A stretch of DNA of 64,000 nt from an uncultured delta proteobacterium (GCA_963845515.1 CAWJSR010000035.1:57236-121235), one strand, 5' to 3'; counted from the stretch's first letter, positions 52,326 to 62,791 are shown. Notes: generated by a model not told the origin, from the letters alone. Translations and numbers: made by a program.

Positions 52326-53041
52326 CTACCTACGCGCAGCGCGACGACGACGTCGGCGCCGACCGGCGGATCGGCATCTGGCGCGTGCGGGCAATCGTCG
52401 CGCCGCAGGAGGGCACCGTTAGCCTTCAGCGCCTGGTCCCACCACCACCGGCTCATCCGGTTGGCGAAGACCAGCCGCAGCGGCCCCAGCGGCCCAGCGC
52501 CGAAGCGCTCCGGGCGCGCGAGCTCGGCGAGCGTGCCCACGTCCAGCCGCCCCGACGCCCCCAGCCCGCGCCCGAGGGACTCAAGCCGGCGGAGCGTCGG
52601 CCCCGTCATGAAGGGCGGCTGATCGCGCATCCCCTCTGCGCCCGGCTTCAGGATCGTCCCCAGGTACGGCGCTGCCAGCCGCCGCGCGAGCTTCTCCAGC
52701 CAGCGCTCCACCGGGCGCATGTGGAGCGTCTCGGGGAAGCCGTTCTGGACGAGGAAGAGCAGCGCCGGGTTGCCGGTCCGACCCACGTACGACGCCAGCC
52801 GCTGCACGAAGGCGACGACGGGAGCCGGTGGGCCGTCGGCGTAGAGCGGGAACGCCAGCAGCACCGTCCCAGCCCCCGGGAACGCCCGGACGGCCACGGT
52901 CGCGTCCACGTGGCTCACCAGCCGCAGGCGCGCCGCGACCTCGCCTCCCGCCCCTTCGAACCCGGCGAGGAGCGCGTCGACCAGCAGGTCAGTGTTCCCC
53001 CGCTGGGCGCGCGGTGACCCGTTAAGCACGAGCAAGCGCAT
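52326..53041 (-). CDS. Flavodoxin-like NAD(P)H-dependent oxidoreductase (3' end uncertain; reads through in frame into the lipoprotein gene)
   Basis: LNGSPR..GNT, AFPLYAD and QNGFPE. Confidence 0.75.
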
Positions 53042-53567
53042 CGGAGACCTCCTCTGGCGGACGCGTGGTGGAAGCGGCGAAGGCGAGCGTGCTCTTGAAG
53101 TCGATCGCCAGCCGGCGGTGAAGCAGCAGGAGGAGCTCCTCGTCCTCCGGATCGCACCCGTCGGCGCCGTAGAGGAGCGCCATCCGGGGATAGTGATCGT
53201 AGCGGCCGCGATGGTGGACCTCGCCGCCCACTACCTCGAAGTGCGGGTGCAGGACCGGGAGCATCCGCTCGATGGCGCGCCGCAGCAGCGCGGTGGTCAT
53301 CCCCATCGAAGTCGGCGAGGCCAGGACCAGGAGGTCCGAGGCGAGCAGCTCGCGCAGCAGCTCCTCGGTCCCGTCGCTGATGTCGCAGCGGCCCGGCGTC
53401 TTCGTCCAGCACGCGAAGCAGCCCTTGCATTGGCTGAGCGTCCGCTCCCGCAGCCGTAGTGCGCCGCACGGCGTGGCCGCGACCTGTCGAGCCCTCGCGC
53501 GACCTCGTCCACCCACCCGTCCATCGCCCCTAGCAGCCTCGGCTCCGTCGAAGATCGTTATCCGCAT
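53022..53567 (-). CDS. Flavodoxin family protein (NADPH-dependent FMN reductase-like, Fe-S motif)
   Basis: CKGCFACWTKTPGRCDISD, ASPTSMG and HHRGRYDHYP. Probable compensating indels lie near the N-terminus. Confidence 0.8.
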   Translation of the reverse strand: MRITIFDGAEAARGDGRVGGRGRARARQVAATPCGALRLRERTLSQCKGCFACWTKTPGRCDISDGTEELLRELLASDLLVLASPTSMGMTTALLRRAIERMLPVLHPHFEVVGGEVHHRGRYDHYPRMALLYGADGCDPEDEELLLLLHRRLAIDFKSTLAFAASTTRPPEEVSDALARA

Positions 53568-53594
53568 CGGGCCCCTCCTGGCGTCCTCGCCGCC

Positions 53595-53641
53595 ATCTAG
53601 TCACCGCCAAGATAGAGCCGCCATCTTGGCGGTGTCAAGTT
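53595..53641. promoter_or_regulatory. Two putative TetR operators in the divergent promoter region
   Basis: Imperfect palindromes ATCTAGTCACCGCCAAGAT (53595-53613) and ATCTTGGCGGTGTCAAGTT (53623-53641). Together they form a perfect 12-bp inverted repeat, and the second overlaps a minus-strand TTGACA. Confidence 0.7.
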
Positions 53642-53661
53642 GGCCGTGCTAGCGTCCCCAC

Positions 53662-54306
53662 ATGGCGCGACGCCCCGCCTCGAAGCCCCCCGGCCGGTAC
53701 CACCACGGAGAGCTCCGGCGCGCGCTGCTCGACGCTGCGCTGACGGTGATCGAGCGTGAGGGGGTCTCGGCGCTCTCGCTCCGGGACCTGGCGCGGCGGC
53801 TGGGCGTCTCCCACGCCGCGCCCGCCCACCACTTCCCCGACAAGACGGCGCTGCTCGTGGAGATCGCGCGGGAGGGCTACGAGCGGTTCGGCACCGCGCT
53901 GGACGCGGCGTTCAGGCAGGCGCCCGACGACGACGCGCGGCTCGCCGCGGTCGGACGGGCCTACATCGCGTTCGCGCTCGCCCACCCCGCGACGTTCCGG
54001 GTCATGTTCGGGCGCGAGGTCGCGGAGCTGCACGCGCCGCCAGCTGCGCTGGCCGAGGCGAGCAAGAACGCCTACGCGGTGCTGCTTCGGGGGGTCGAGG
54101 CCGCGTTCACCGGCACCCCACCCCACCCCCGGCCGCCCGCCGACCACGTCGCCTTCGCGGCGTGGGCGTCCGTCCACGGCGCGGCGATGCTCTGGCTGGA
54201 CGGCCCGCTGCGCTGCGGCGTGCCGGAGGCAGAGGCGCGCGCGCGCTTCGAGGCGGGGCTGGACTTCCTGTTCAAGTCCGCGGCGGAGCTGCAGCGGCGG
54301 GGATAG
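53662..54306 (+). CDS. TetR/AcrR family transcriptional regulator (WHG-type C-terminal domain)
   Basis: YHHGELRRALL, SLRDLARRLGVSHAAPAHHF and WASVHG. Confidence 0.92.
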   Translation: MARRPASKPPGRYHHGELRRALLDAALTVIEREGVSALSLRDLARRLGVSHAAPAHHFPDKTALLVEIAREGYERFGTALDAAFRQAPDDDARLAAVGRAYIAFALAHPATFRVMFGREVAELHAPPAALAEASKNAYAVLLRGVEAAFTGTPPHPRPPADHVAFAAWASVHGAAMLWLDGPLRCGVPEAEARARFEAGLDFLFKSAAELQRRG

Positions 54307-54359
54307 GCGGCGAGCCCGAAGGTGAGGGTGGCCCCTGGCAGGACGGCGTTGCCGTCGCC

Positions 54360-55091
54360 TCAGGCCGAATGCACCTCCAGGCGGTGACGCGCTGGATCGA
54401 AGGGCTCGAAGAGCGCCCGCCCGATGACGAAGAGCCCCCGCTGCGGAATCCAGAAGTCACCAAGGCGGTCCTGCTCGGGAATTGGCCCGAGGTCGCCCAG
54501 GTCCACCCCCTCGACCCAGGCCCGACTGCTCGGGATCGTATAGGCCACCAGCGGGTTCGCGATGAAGTGCTGTCCGCTCGGTGCGCGCCCCGCGAGCGCG
54601 AGTCGGCCCGTCCCGAGGAGGTGGCGAGCCATGATCCCCATGACGCGCAGGACGCCTTCGCTCCGCCACAGCGCCACCGGCATCATGGCCGCCATCAGGT
54701 TCATCGCACGGATGGACGCGGGGGACGCGAGCGTCACGTCCCACCGGAGCGTCCTGCCACCGCCGATCTCGACCGAGAACGCGTCCGCGGCCGTCCAGCG
54801 GACCTCGATGGGACACTCGACCGACCGGCGCAGGCTCGGTCCGAAGTAGCGGGCGCAGGACCGCTCCGGAGAGACGTCCTGGTAGAACGTCCACTCGCCG
54901 GACGGCGTCCGTAGCCAGACCGACGTGTATCCGCGACCGATCGAAGAGGCCGAGAACCGCCGCAGCCCGAGGACGTGCCCCGACCGGAACGGCAACCCCA
55001 TGACCCCGTACCCCGAGAACCGCTCCTCGGTACCCCCCGGTAGTGTCGGGCTCGTCTCGGTGAGCTCGGCGAGGCGGCGTGCTTGCAGCAT
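54360..55091 (-). CDS. Conserved hypothetical protein
   Basis: 243-aa ORF with SD GGAGGAGG. Motifs GYGVMGLPFRSGHVLGLRRF and LGDFWIPQRG. Confidence 0.7.
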   Translation of the reverse strand: MLQARRLAELTETSPTLPGGTEERFSGYGVMGLPFRSGHVLGLRRFSASSIGRGYTSVWLRTPSGEWTFYQDVSPERSCARYFGPSLRRSVECPIEVRWTAADAFSVEIGGGRTLRWDVTLASPASIRAMNLMAAMMPVALWRSEGVLRVMGIMARHLLGTGRLALAGRAPSGQHFIANPLVAYTIPSSRAWVEGVDLGDLGPIPEQDRLGDFWIPQRGLFVIGRALFEPFDPARHRLEVHSA

Positions 55092-55149
55092 GGCGGTGTC
55101 CTCCTCCCGCTCGATCTAACCGGCGGAGGTCGGGGCGCCGCGGAGAACG

Positions 55150-56527
55150 TCAGCCCTGAAAGCTGCGTACCAGCCTGGCGATGGCGCCCGGCATCGAGCG
55201 CACGCACATGCGGCGGCCGGCCTCGTCGAACGTCTCGGAGAGGACGCGCGCGGTCTCGTACACCTCGCCGATGCGCCCCTGGCTCGCGTAAGGGATCAGC
55301 AGCTCGGCCTCGACCATCTGCGCCTCGAAGAAGTCGAGCACGGCCCGCCGGAGTGCGGCGACGTCCTCGGGCGCGTGCGCCGAGAGCAGGATCGCCCCCG
55401 GGAACCTCTCCTTCAGCGCGAGGCGCGCGGCCTCGTCGAGCCGGTCGACCTTGTTGAGCAGCAGGAGGCTGGGCACCTCCGCCGCGCCGATGTCACGCAG
55501 GACCGCCCTGGTGACGTCGAGCTGGTCCTGGCAGGTCGGGTCCGAGGCGTCCACGACGTACAGCAGCAGCGAGGCCTCCAGCGCCTCGTCGAGCGTCGAG
55601 CGGAAGGAGGCGACCAGGTCGTGCGGCAGCTGGCGGAGGAAGCCCACGGTGTCCGACACCAGCACGCGGGGACGGGACTCCGGCTGCAGCGCCCGCACCG
55701 TCGTGTCGAGCGTCGCGAAGAGCTGGTCCGCGACCAGCACCTCGCTGCCGGTGAGCGCCCGCATCAGCGACGACTTGCCGGCGTTGGTGTAGCCGACCAG
55801 GGCCACTCGCAGCTGGTCCCTCCGGGCGAAGCGGCGGTGCTCCTGATCCCGCTGGACCGCGGCCAGCGCCGCGTTCAGCTCCGCGAGGCGGTCGCGGATC
55901 TTGCGGCGGTCGAGCTCGACCGCGGAGTCGCCTGCGCCCTGCCCCTGCTGGCGCTCCGACCGGCCCGCCGACTCCCGCAGCCGGGGCGACATGTACTTCA
56001 GGCGGGCGATCTCGACCTGCATGCGCGCCTCGCGGCTGCGGGCGTGCCGATGGAAGATGTCCACGATGACGCCGGTGCGATCGAGCACCAGCGCACCGGT
56101 CGCCTTCTCCAGATTTCGCAGCTGGCTCGGCGACAGCTCGTGGTCGACGACCACCACCGTGGCCTTCTCCCCGACCACGACCTGCGGCTCGGTGCCGGCG
56201 GCCTCCTCGTCCGGGGGAGTCGTCGTCCTCGGCGGCCTCTGCCTCCCACCGCTCCCTCGCCTTCGAGGTGCGGACGGCGGCCCCCGAGGCGATGACGCCC
56301 GGACCGCCGGTGAGGGTCGCCAGCTCCTTCAGCTTTCCCGTGCCGAGCACCGTGCCTGCGCCGGTCCCCGCGCGCCGCTGGCTGAGCGTGGCGACCGTCT
56401 CGTAGCCCAGGGTGTGCACCAGCCTGCGGAGCTCGGCCAGGTGCGTGGCGTGCTCGAGGTCCGACGCGTCGGGGGTCTGGACGCCGACGAGGACGGCTCT
56501 CGGCCTATCGGCAGGGGGGGTCGCCAT
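55150..56527 (-). CDS. hflX: GTPase HflX (frameshift near 56205)
   Basis: LGTGKLKEL, LSPSQLRNLE, LDRTGVI..IF, GYTNAGKSS, LFATLDTT, SDTVGF and NKVD. Confidence 0.93.
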
Positions 56528-56735
56528 GAGGGTAGCGGTCCTTCTACACGCTTCCGGACCTTCTCCAAACCCCCGGATTCCTGGTCACCCATGAGCGGCG
56601 CGCACGCGGGGCTCGCGGGGCGTGAGAGGGCTTCAGGAGCAGGGCCGAGAGCGGGTAGCCGCGGATCGGGCTCCCGAAGTAGAAGAGAACGCACGCAGGC
56701 GCCGCCGCAGGCGTCCCCATCGCCGAAGGTGTCCG

Positions 56736-58751
56736 ATGTCGCCGTTCCTGACCGATGCCCAGCTGCGGACCGAGCTCCAGAGATGCCAGTCCTGCGAGAC
56801 CAGGCCCTGCAGGAGCGGCTGTCCGGCGGGCGTCTCGCCGGCCGACTTCATCATGGCGGCGCGGTGCGGCGAGCCCTCCGACTACCGGCGGGCCGCGGCG
56901 CAGATCCTCGCGAAGAACCCCCTCGGCGGCGTCTGCGGCTCGGTCTGCCCGGACACGCTCTGCATGGCGAGGTGCACGCGCAGCGGCTTCGATGGGGCGG
57001 TGAACATCCCCGCGGTCCAGGCTGCGATCGTGCGCAAGGCCCGGCAGCTCGGCGTGCTCCCCCGCTTCGAGCCCCTGCCCGCCACGGGCGAGCGCGTCGC
57101 CGTGGTGGGCGCTGGACCCGCCGGTCTCGGCGCAGCGGCCGTGCTCGCCAGGGCCGGGCACACGGTGCACGTCTTCGATCGCGCCCGCCAACCCGGGGGA
57201 ATGGCCAGGCTCATCCCGCGCCGGCGGCTCGATCCCGGGCTGCTCGAGGCCGACCTCGCCTGGCTTCTCGGCCTGGGCGACCTGCGCCTCGTGCTCGGCA
57301 AGCCCGTGGCGCTCCCGCGCGACCTGCTCGCGCGCGGCTTCGCCGCCGTGGTCGTGGCCGCTGGGCTGGGCGAGCCGGTGGAGCTCGACGTGCCGGGGCG
57401 CGAGCGCGCCGTCCACTGGACCCGGTTGCTCGGCCGGCGCCCGCCGGCATTGCGCGGGAGGCGCGTCGCCATCGTCGGCGACGGCGCCGTGGCGCTGGAC
57501 TGCGCCGACGCGGCCCTCGCGCAGGAGGCGGCGCACGTCGAGCTCTTCGCGCTCAAGAAGCTCTCGGAGCTGGGGGTCACGCGCCAGGAGCGCGACCGCC
57601 TCTTCGCGTCCGGGGTGCACGTGAGCAGTCGGGTTCGCGTCACGGCGATCCGCGGGCGTGGCCGCGGCCGCGGAGCGCGGGTGACCGGGCTCGAGCTCCA
57701 CAGGGTGGAGCTGGCGCCAGGCCAGGCCTTCCACCCGAGCCGCCTCTCGGACTCGAGGCGCGGCGAGCACGAGCGCTGCGACCTCGACATCGTGATCCTC
57801 GCGATCGGCAGCCGACCTGGCATCCGCTGCGAGCCGCATCCACGCATCGTCTACGCCGGCGACCTCGAGACCGGCCCGACCTCCGTGGTCGAGGCGCTGG
57901 CCTCGGGCAAGAAGGCCGGCCTGGCCGTGCACACGCTGCTCGCGGGCGACGAGCTCGCCGCCTGCCCGGACAGGGGGTCGTGCCCTGACGGGAGCGGCTG
58001 CCCGAAGCGGGCCACCTGCGCTGAGTGGACCCGGCCGACGGGACCGGCGCGTCCTTCGGGCGGCGCCCCCGCATCGGTCGGGCTGCCGGTGGCCCTGGAC
58101 TGCGACTTCCTCGGCCGGCGGCTCCGCTCTCCCTTCCTCCTCGCCGCCTCGCCCTTCACCTCGGGTTATGCCCAGGTGAAGCGCGCCTTCGAGGCCGGAT
58201 GGGCGGGGGCCGTGATGAGCTTCCCCACGGGCGAGGAGGCTACGGGCGACGCGCTGGACCGGCTGCGCGACGGTGTTGAGCGTCTCCGGCAGGAGTTCCC
58301 CGACCGGCTGACGCTCTCCTCGCTCGAGGGCCCGGCCACGGGAGACCCCCTGGATTACCGTGCCGCAGCGGAGCTCCTCGCCCGTGGAGCGCAGGCCGTG
58401 CTGATCGATGCCCTGGTGAGGAGCCACGGGCTCGGGATCGTGAACGAGCTGCACGGCGGGCTGTCTTACTTCCTGGCCGAGCGGGGCTTGCGCTCGGTCG
58501 CCGCGCTCGTCGGCTCCGCCCCGGACAGGTCCCCGACGCCCTCCGGTCAGTCGCCGAGAGGGAAGACCGTGTGCGAGGTCGACGCTGCGCGCTGCACGGG
58601 CTGCGGCAACTGCTCGCGCTGCCCGCACCTCGCCATCTCACTCGATGCGGCGGGGCTCCCGGCCGTCGACCCGAGCCGCTGCGCCGGGTGCGCCCTCTGC
58701 CTGCAGCCGTGCCTCGCGGGTGCGCTGTCGATGCAGCAGCGCGTGAGCTGA
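56736..58751 (+). CDS. Dihydropyrimidine dehydrogenase-like fusion: PreT/GltD-like FAD/Fe-S domain, shortened PreA-like segment and 2x4Fe-4S ferredoxin
   Basis: CQSCETRPC..GCP, NPLGGVCGSVCP, VVGAGPAG, AGD...SVVEALASGK, SPFLLAASP...AFEAGWAG, CTGCGNC..CP and CAGCALC..PC. Confidence 0.78.
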   Translation: MSPFLTDAQLRTELQRCQSCETRPCRSGCPAGVSPADFIMAARCGEPSDYRRAAAQILAKNPLGGVCGSVCPDTLCMARCTRSGFDGAVNIPAVQAAIVRKARQLGVLPRFEPLPATGERVAVVGAGPAGLGAAAVLARAGHTVHVFDRARQPGGMARLIPRRRLDPGLLEADLAWLLGLGDLRLVLGKPVALPRDLLARGFAAVVVAAGLGEPVELDVPGRERAVHWTRLLGRRPPALRGRRVAIVGDGAVALDCADAALAQEAAHVELFALKKLSELGVTRQERDRLFASGVHVSSRVRVTAIRGRGRGRGARVTGLELHRVELAPGQAFHPSRLSDSRRGEHERCDLDIVILAIGSRPGIRCEPHPRIVYAGDLETGPTSVVEALASGKKAGLAVHTLLAGDELAACPDRGSCPDGSGCPKRATCAEWTRPTGPARPSGGAPASVGLPVALDCDFLGRRLRSPFLLAASPFTSGYAQVKRAFEAGWAGAVMSFPTGEEATGDALDRLRDGVERLRQEFPDRLTLSSLEGPATGDPLDYRAAAELLARGAQAVLIDALVRSHGLGIVNELHGGLSYFLAERGLRSVAALVGSAPDRSPTPSGQSPRGKTVCEVDAARCTGCGNCSRCPHLAISLDAAGLPAVDPSRCAGCALCLQPCLAGALSMQQRVS

Positions 58752-58856
58752 CTCGGGAGCACCCCGAACCGAGGCCGCCGCACCTGCTCCCTTCGGCGGG
58801 CGCGACGCGAGTCTCTCACAAATGGGGAGAAGCCCTCGGTGTCCGACGCTCCTACC

Positions 58857-59564
58857 TCATCCCGCCCGCGCCGGGAAGGCGGCGCCCGAGATCGCGCGCG
58901 CCTCGTCCGAGCAGAGGAACAGGACTGCCCGGGCCACGTCCTCTGTCGACACCCAGCCCGAGCGGTCGGCGGTCGGCATCGATCGGCGGTTCGCCTCCGT
59001 GTCCATGGTGCCGGGGAGCACCGCGTTCACCCGCACGCCCTTGCCGCGCAGCTCCTCGGCCGCCGTGAGGACGAGCGAGAGGGCCGCGGCCTTCGACGCC
59101 GCGTAGGCCGCCTGGCCGGGCTGGGGGCCGATCGCGGCGAGCGAGACGATCTCGACGAACGCGCCCTCGCCGCTCGCGACGAGGACCGGCAGCGCCGCGC
59201 GCAGCAGGTGGTAGCCCGGCAGCAGATTGAGGGCCAGCATCCGGCTGAGCACGTCGGCGCCCTCGGACGGGAGGGTCGCTCCGCCGCTCCACCCGCCCAC
59301 GGCGTTCACGACGGCACGGAGGCGGCCGAGAGCCTGCGCCGCAGCCACCGCGCGCTCCGCTCCGGCCGCGTCGCCGACGTCCGCCTGGGCGAACCTCAGC
59401 CGGACCCGCGTCGCCCCCGCGGCGTCGGCGAGCGCCGCCGCCTCCGACTCGCGCCGCCCCACCGCGACCACCGTCGCCCCCTCCGCCAGGAAGGCGATGA
59501 CGACGGCCCGCCCCAAGGCACCCGTTCCACCCGCGACCAGCACGGTTTGACCGTCGAAACGCAT
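58857..59564 (-). CDS. SDR family oxidoreductase
   Basis: AGGTGALG, NAVGG, YAASK and VNAVLPGTMDT. Confidence 0.9.
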   Translation of the reverse strand: MRFDGQTVLVAGGTGALGRAVVIAFLAEGATVVAVGRRESEAAALADAAGATRVRLRFAQADVGDAAGAERAVAAAQALGRLRAVVNAVGGWSGGATLPSEGADVLSRMLALNLLPGYHLLRAALPVLVASGEGAFVEIVSLAAIGPQPGQAAYAASKAAALSLVLTAAEELRGKGVRVNAVLPGTMDTEANRRSMPTADRSGWVSTEDVARAVLFLCSDEARAISGAAFPARAG

Positions 59565-59869
59565 CGCGTAGCCGATACCTCCGCGAAGCTCCTTCCGCCC
59601 GCCCAACTTGCCCCCCCCCGAAGGAGCAGCCGTCGCAGGGCCCGCGTCGAGGGCCGAAGCGCAGGCGGCCGCCCCGGAGGACGCCGCCAGATACCTCCGC
59701 GACGCCGCGCGCATCCTGCGCAGGGAGCACGCGCTGTTCGAGCGGTGAGCCGCCCGCCCATGGCGCGGGCACGCCGCAGCGTTCACGACCTGAGAGGGGG
59801 CAGACCCGGGGCCTTCCCGCGCTTAAGGAGACGGGTCGGCGCTCCTCGCGCCTCAAGGAGTCACGGGTC

Positions 59870-60535
59870 ATGTCGAGGCTTCGAGTGGCCGCGTTCGGCA
59901 TCTCCATCGACGGCTTTGGCGCCGGTATCGATCAGAGCCTGGACAACCCGATGGGCGTCGGGGGCATGGCGCTGCACAAGTGGGTCCTGGGCACGAAGAC
60001 CTTCCAGAAGATGAGCGCCGACTTCGCCGGATCGCTGATCGGTGACGTGGTCGGCCGAGAAGGGGTCGACGACTCCTTCGCCTCGCGCGGCTTCGAGAAC
60101 CTCGGCGCCTGGATCCTCGGCCGCAACATGTTCGGGCCGAGCCGGGGCCCGTGGACCGACGACGGCTGGAAGGGATGGTGGGGCAAGAACCCGCCTTACC
60201 ACGTGCCGGTCTTCGTGCTCACGCACCATGCTCGCGCGCCCATCACGATGGAGGGCGGCACGACGTTCCACTTCGTGACCGATGGCATCCACGCCGCCCT
60301 GGAGCGGGCGAAGGAGGCGGCCCGGGGCAAGGACATCCGCCTCGGCGGTGGAGTCGCCACCATTCGCGAGTACCTCACCGCGGGGCTGATCGACGAGATC
60401 CACCTGGCGATCTCCCCGGTGCTCCTCGGCAGGGGCGAAAGCCTCCTGGCCGGGATCGACACGGTGCGCCTCGGCTACAGGTGCACGGAGCACGCCTCCA
60501 CGGACGACGCGACGCACGTGGTGCTGGCGAGGTGA
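59870..60535 (+). CDS. Dihydrofolate reductase family protein (RibD C-terminal-like)
   Basis: ISIDGFGAG, ILGRNMF, PVFVLTH, LGGG and LIDEIHLAISPVLLGRG. Confidence 0.88.
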   Translation: MSRLRVAAFGISIDGFGAGIDQSLDNPMGVGGMALHKWVLGTKTFQKMSADFAGSLIGDVVGREGVDDSFASRGFENLGAWILGRNMFGPSRGPWTDDGWKGWWGKNPPYHVPVFVLTHHARAPITMEGGTTFHFVTDGIHAALERAKEAARGKDIRLGGGVATIREYLTAGLIDEIHLAISPVLLGRGESLLAGIDTVRLGYRCTEHASTDDATHVVLAR

Positions 60536-60616
60536 CTCCGTCCATCCGTCCGCGAAGGTTTCCTGCACTGCCCATCCACTTCTCACCTGTTTCCCGGACG
60601 CTCGCGGGCGCGTAGG

Positions 60617-60664
60617 TTCCTCCGGGCGGCCGTCGAGCGCGGTGTCACCTTCTTCGACACCGAC
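60617..60664 (+). pseudogene. Tiny aldo/keto reductase remnant
   Basis: Translates to [16 protein letters not shown], matching the AKR motif AxxxGxxFFDTA. There is no surrounding ORF. Confidence 0.5.
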
Positions 60665-60753
60665 CCCGCCGTCGAGCCCCCCCTGCCGGGTCCTCCGTCT
60701 TGGGATGCGAAGCGCGGGGCCAAACGACAGATAACACCAGCAGGGAGGATTCC

Positions 60754-61637
60754 TTGAGCGCGGTGACGTCTGCGGGCGCGAGATTTCGGGCGGCGGTCGA
60801 GAGCGAGCGACCGCTCCAGATCGCCGGCGCGATCAACGCATACTCGGCCCGGCTCGCGGAGGCCGCAGGGTTCCGCGCGCTCTACGTCTCCGGCGGCGGC
60901 GTGGCCGCAACCTCCTGCGGACTGCCCGACCTCGGCGATCACGACGCTCGAGGACGTCCTCGTCGACGTCCGGCGCATCACCGACGCCAGCCTCCCTGCC
61001 GGTCCTCGTCGACATCGACACGGGCTGGGGCGGGCCTTCCATCGCGCGCACCGTCCGCTCGATGACCGGGCGGGAGCCGGCGATCCACATCGAGGACCAG
61101 GTCCAGCAGAAGCGCTGCGGCCACCGGCCCGGCAAGGCGATCGTCCCGGAGAGGAGATGGTCGAGCGGATGAAGGCCGCCGTCGACGCGCGGACCGACGC
61201 CGCCTTCGTCGTCATGGCTCGCACCGACGCCCTCGCGCTGGAGGGTGGATCGGACCCTCGACCGGGCGCGCTCCTTCGTCGAGGCGGGCGCCGACATGAT
61301 CTTCCCCGAGGCGGTCGAGACCCTCGACGTCTACCGCCGATTCGCCGAGGCGCTGCAGGTGCCGTCCTGGCGAACGTCACCGAGTTCGGCCGCACGCCGC
61401 TCTTCACCGTCGAGGAGCTGAGGAGCGCCGGGGTGGCGCTGGCCCTCTACCCGCTCTCCGCCTTCCGCGCGCAGAGCGCGGCGGCGCTCGAGGTCTACCG
61501 GACGATCCGCCGGGACGGGACGCAGCGGAGCGCCTCGACTGGATGCAGACGCGCGACGAGCTCTACCGCGCAGCTCGACTACCACGCCGAGCGGAAGCTC
61601 GACGAGCTCTTCGGCGAAGGAGGAGGGCGAACGATGA
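60754..61637 (+). CDS. prpB: 2-methylisocitrate lyase (multiple frameshifts)
   Basis: [56 protein letters not shown] and LYPLSAFRA across several frames. Confidence 0.88.
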
Positions 61638-62777
61638 GCGTATCAACCCGCCGAGCGAAGAAGTCGGTCGCACTCTCCGGCGTCATGGCCGGCAGCACAG
61701 CAATCTGCACCGTCGGCCACACGGGCAACGACCTCCACTACCGCGGCTACGACATCGCGGACCTCGCCGCCAGAGCCACCTACGAGGAGGTCGCCCACCT
61801 GCTGGTGCACGGCGCCCTCCCGAACGCCGCCGAACTGGATGATTATGTGCGCACACTCAGATCGCTGCGCACCCTGCCCCCCGCCCTCGTGACCGTCCTT
61901 GAGCAGATCCCCGCAAGCGCACACCCGATGGACGTGCTGCGCACCGGCTGCTCCATGCTCGGCACACTCGCGCCCGAACCGGATGACCACGGCACGCGGG
62001 GCGCCCGCGCGCTCGCCGACCGGTTGCTCGCCAGTTTCAACTCGATGCTCCTCTACTGGTACCACTACAGCCGCGACCGCCGACGCATCGAGGTGCAGAG
62101 CGATGATCCATCGATCGCCGCCCATTTCCTCCGGCTCCTCCACGGCCGCGCCCCCGCCCCCACTCCACGCCCGGGCACTCGACCAATCCCTCGTCCTCTA
62201 CGCCGAACACGAGTTCAACGCGTCGACCTTCACCGGCCGGGTCATCGCCGGCACCGGCTCCGACGCATACTCGGCAATCGCCGGAGCCATCGGCGCGCTG
62301 CGCGGCCCGAAACACGGCGGCGCCAACGAGGCGGCCATCGAGATCCAACAACGCTACGCCACCCCCGACGAGGCGGAGGCCGACGTCCGCGCCCGGCTCG
62401 CGCGCAAGGAGATCGTCATCGGGTTCGGCCACCCGGTCTACACCGTCTCGGATCCGCGCAGCGCGGCCGTCACGGAGTTCGCCCGCGAGCTCTCGCGCCG
62501 ACGCGGGGGCCCACACCCTCTTCGCGGTCGCCGAGCGGATTGTGCGGGTCATGCGTGAGGTGAAGCGGATGTTCCCGAACCTCGACTGGTTCAGCGCGGC
62601 GGTCTACCACGTGCTGGGCATGCCGACGCGGATGTTCACGCCGCTCTTCGTCATCGCGCGGACCGCCGGCTGGGCCGCCCACTCCTGGAGCAGCGGCACG
62701 CCGGGAGATTATCCGGCCGAGCGCCAACTACGTGGGGCCGGACGACCGCCCCTACCTCGCCGCTCGGGGGTCGCTGA
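61634..62777 (+). CDS. prpC: 2-methylcitrate synthase (multiple frameshifts)
   Basis: [60 protein letters not shown] and [10 protein letters not shown]. Confidence 0.9.
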
Positions 62778-62791
62778 TCCGAGGCCCCGAC

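Noticed and set aside
61157..62563. Apparent PrpB-PrpC fusion ORF
   Set aside because: The region is full of indels. prpC has its own SD (GGAGGAGG) and an ATGA at 61634-61637, typical of a stop/start overlap.
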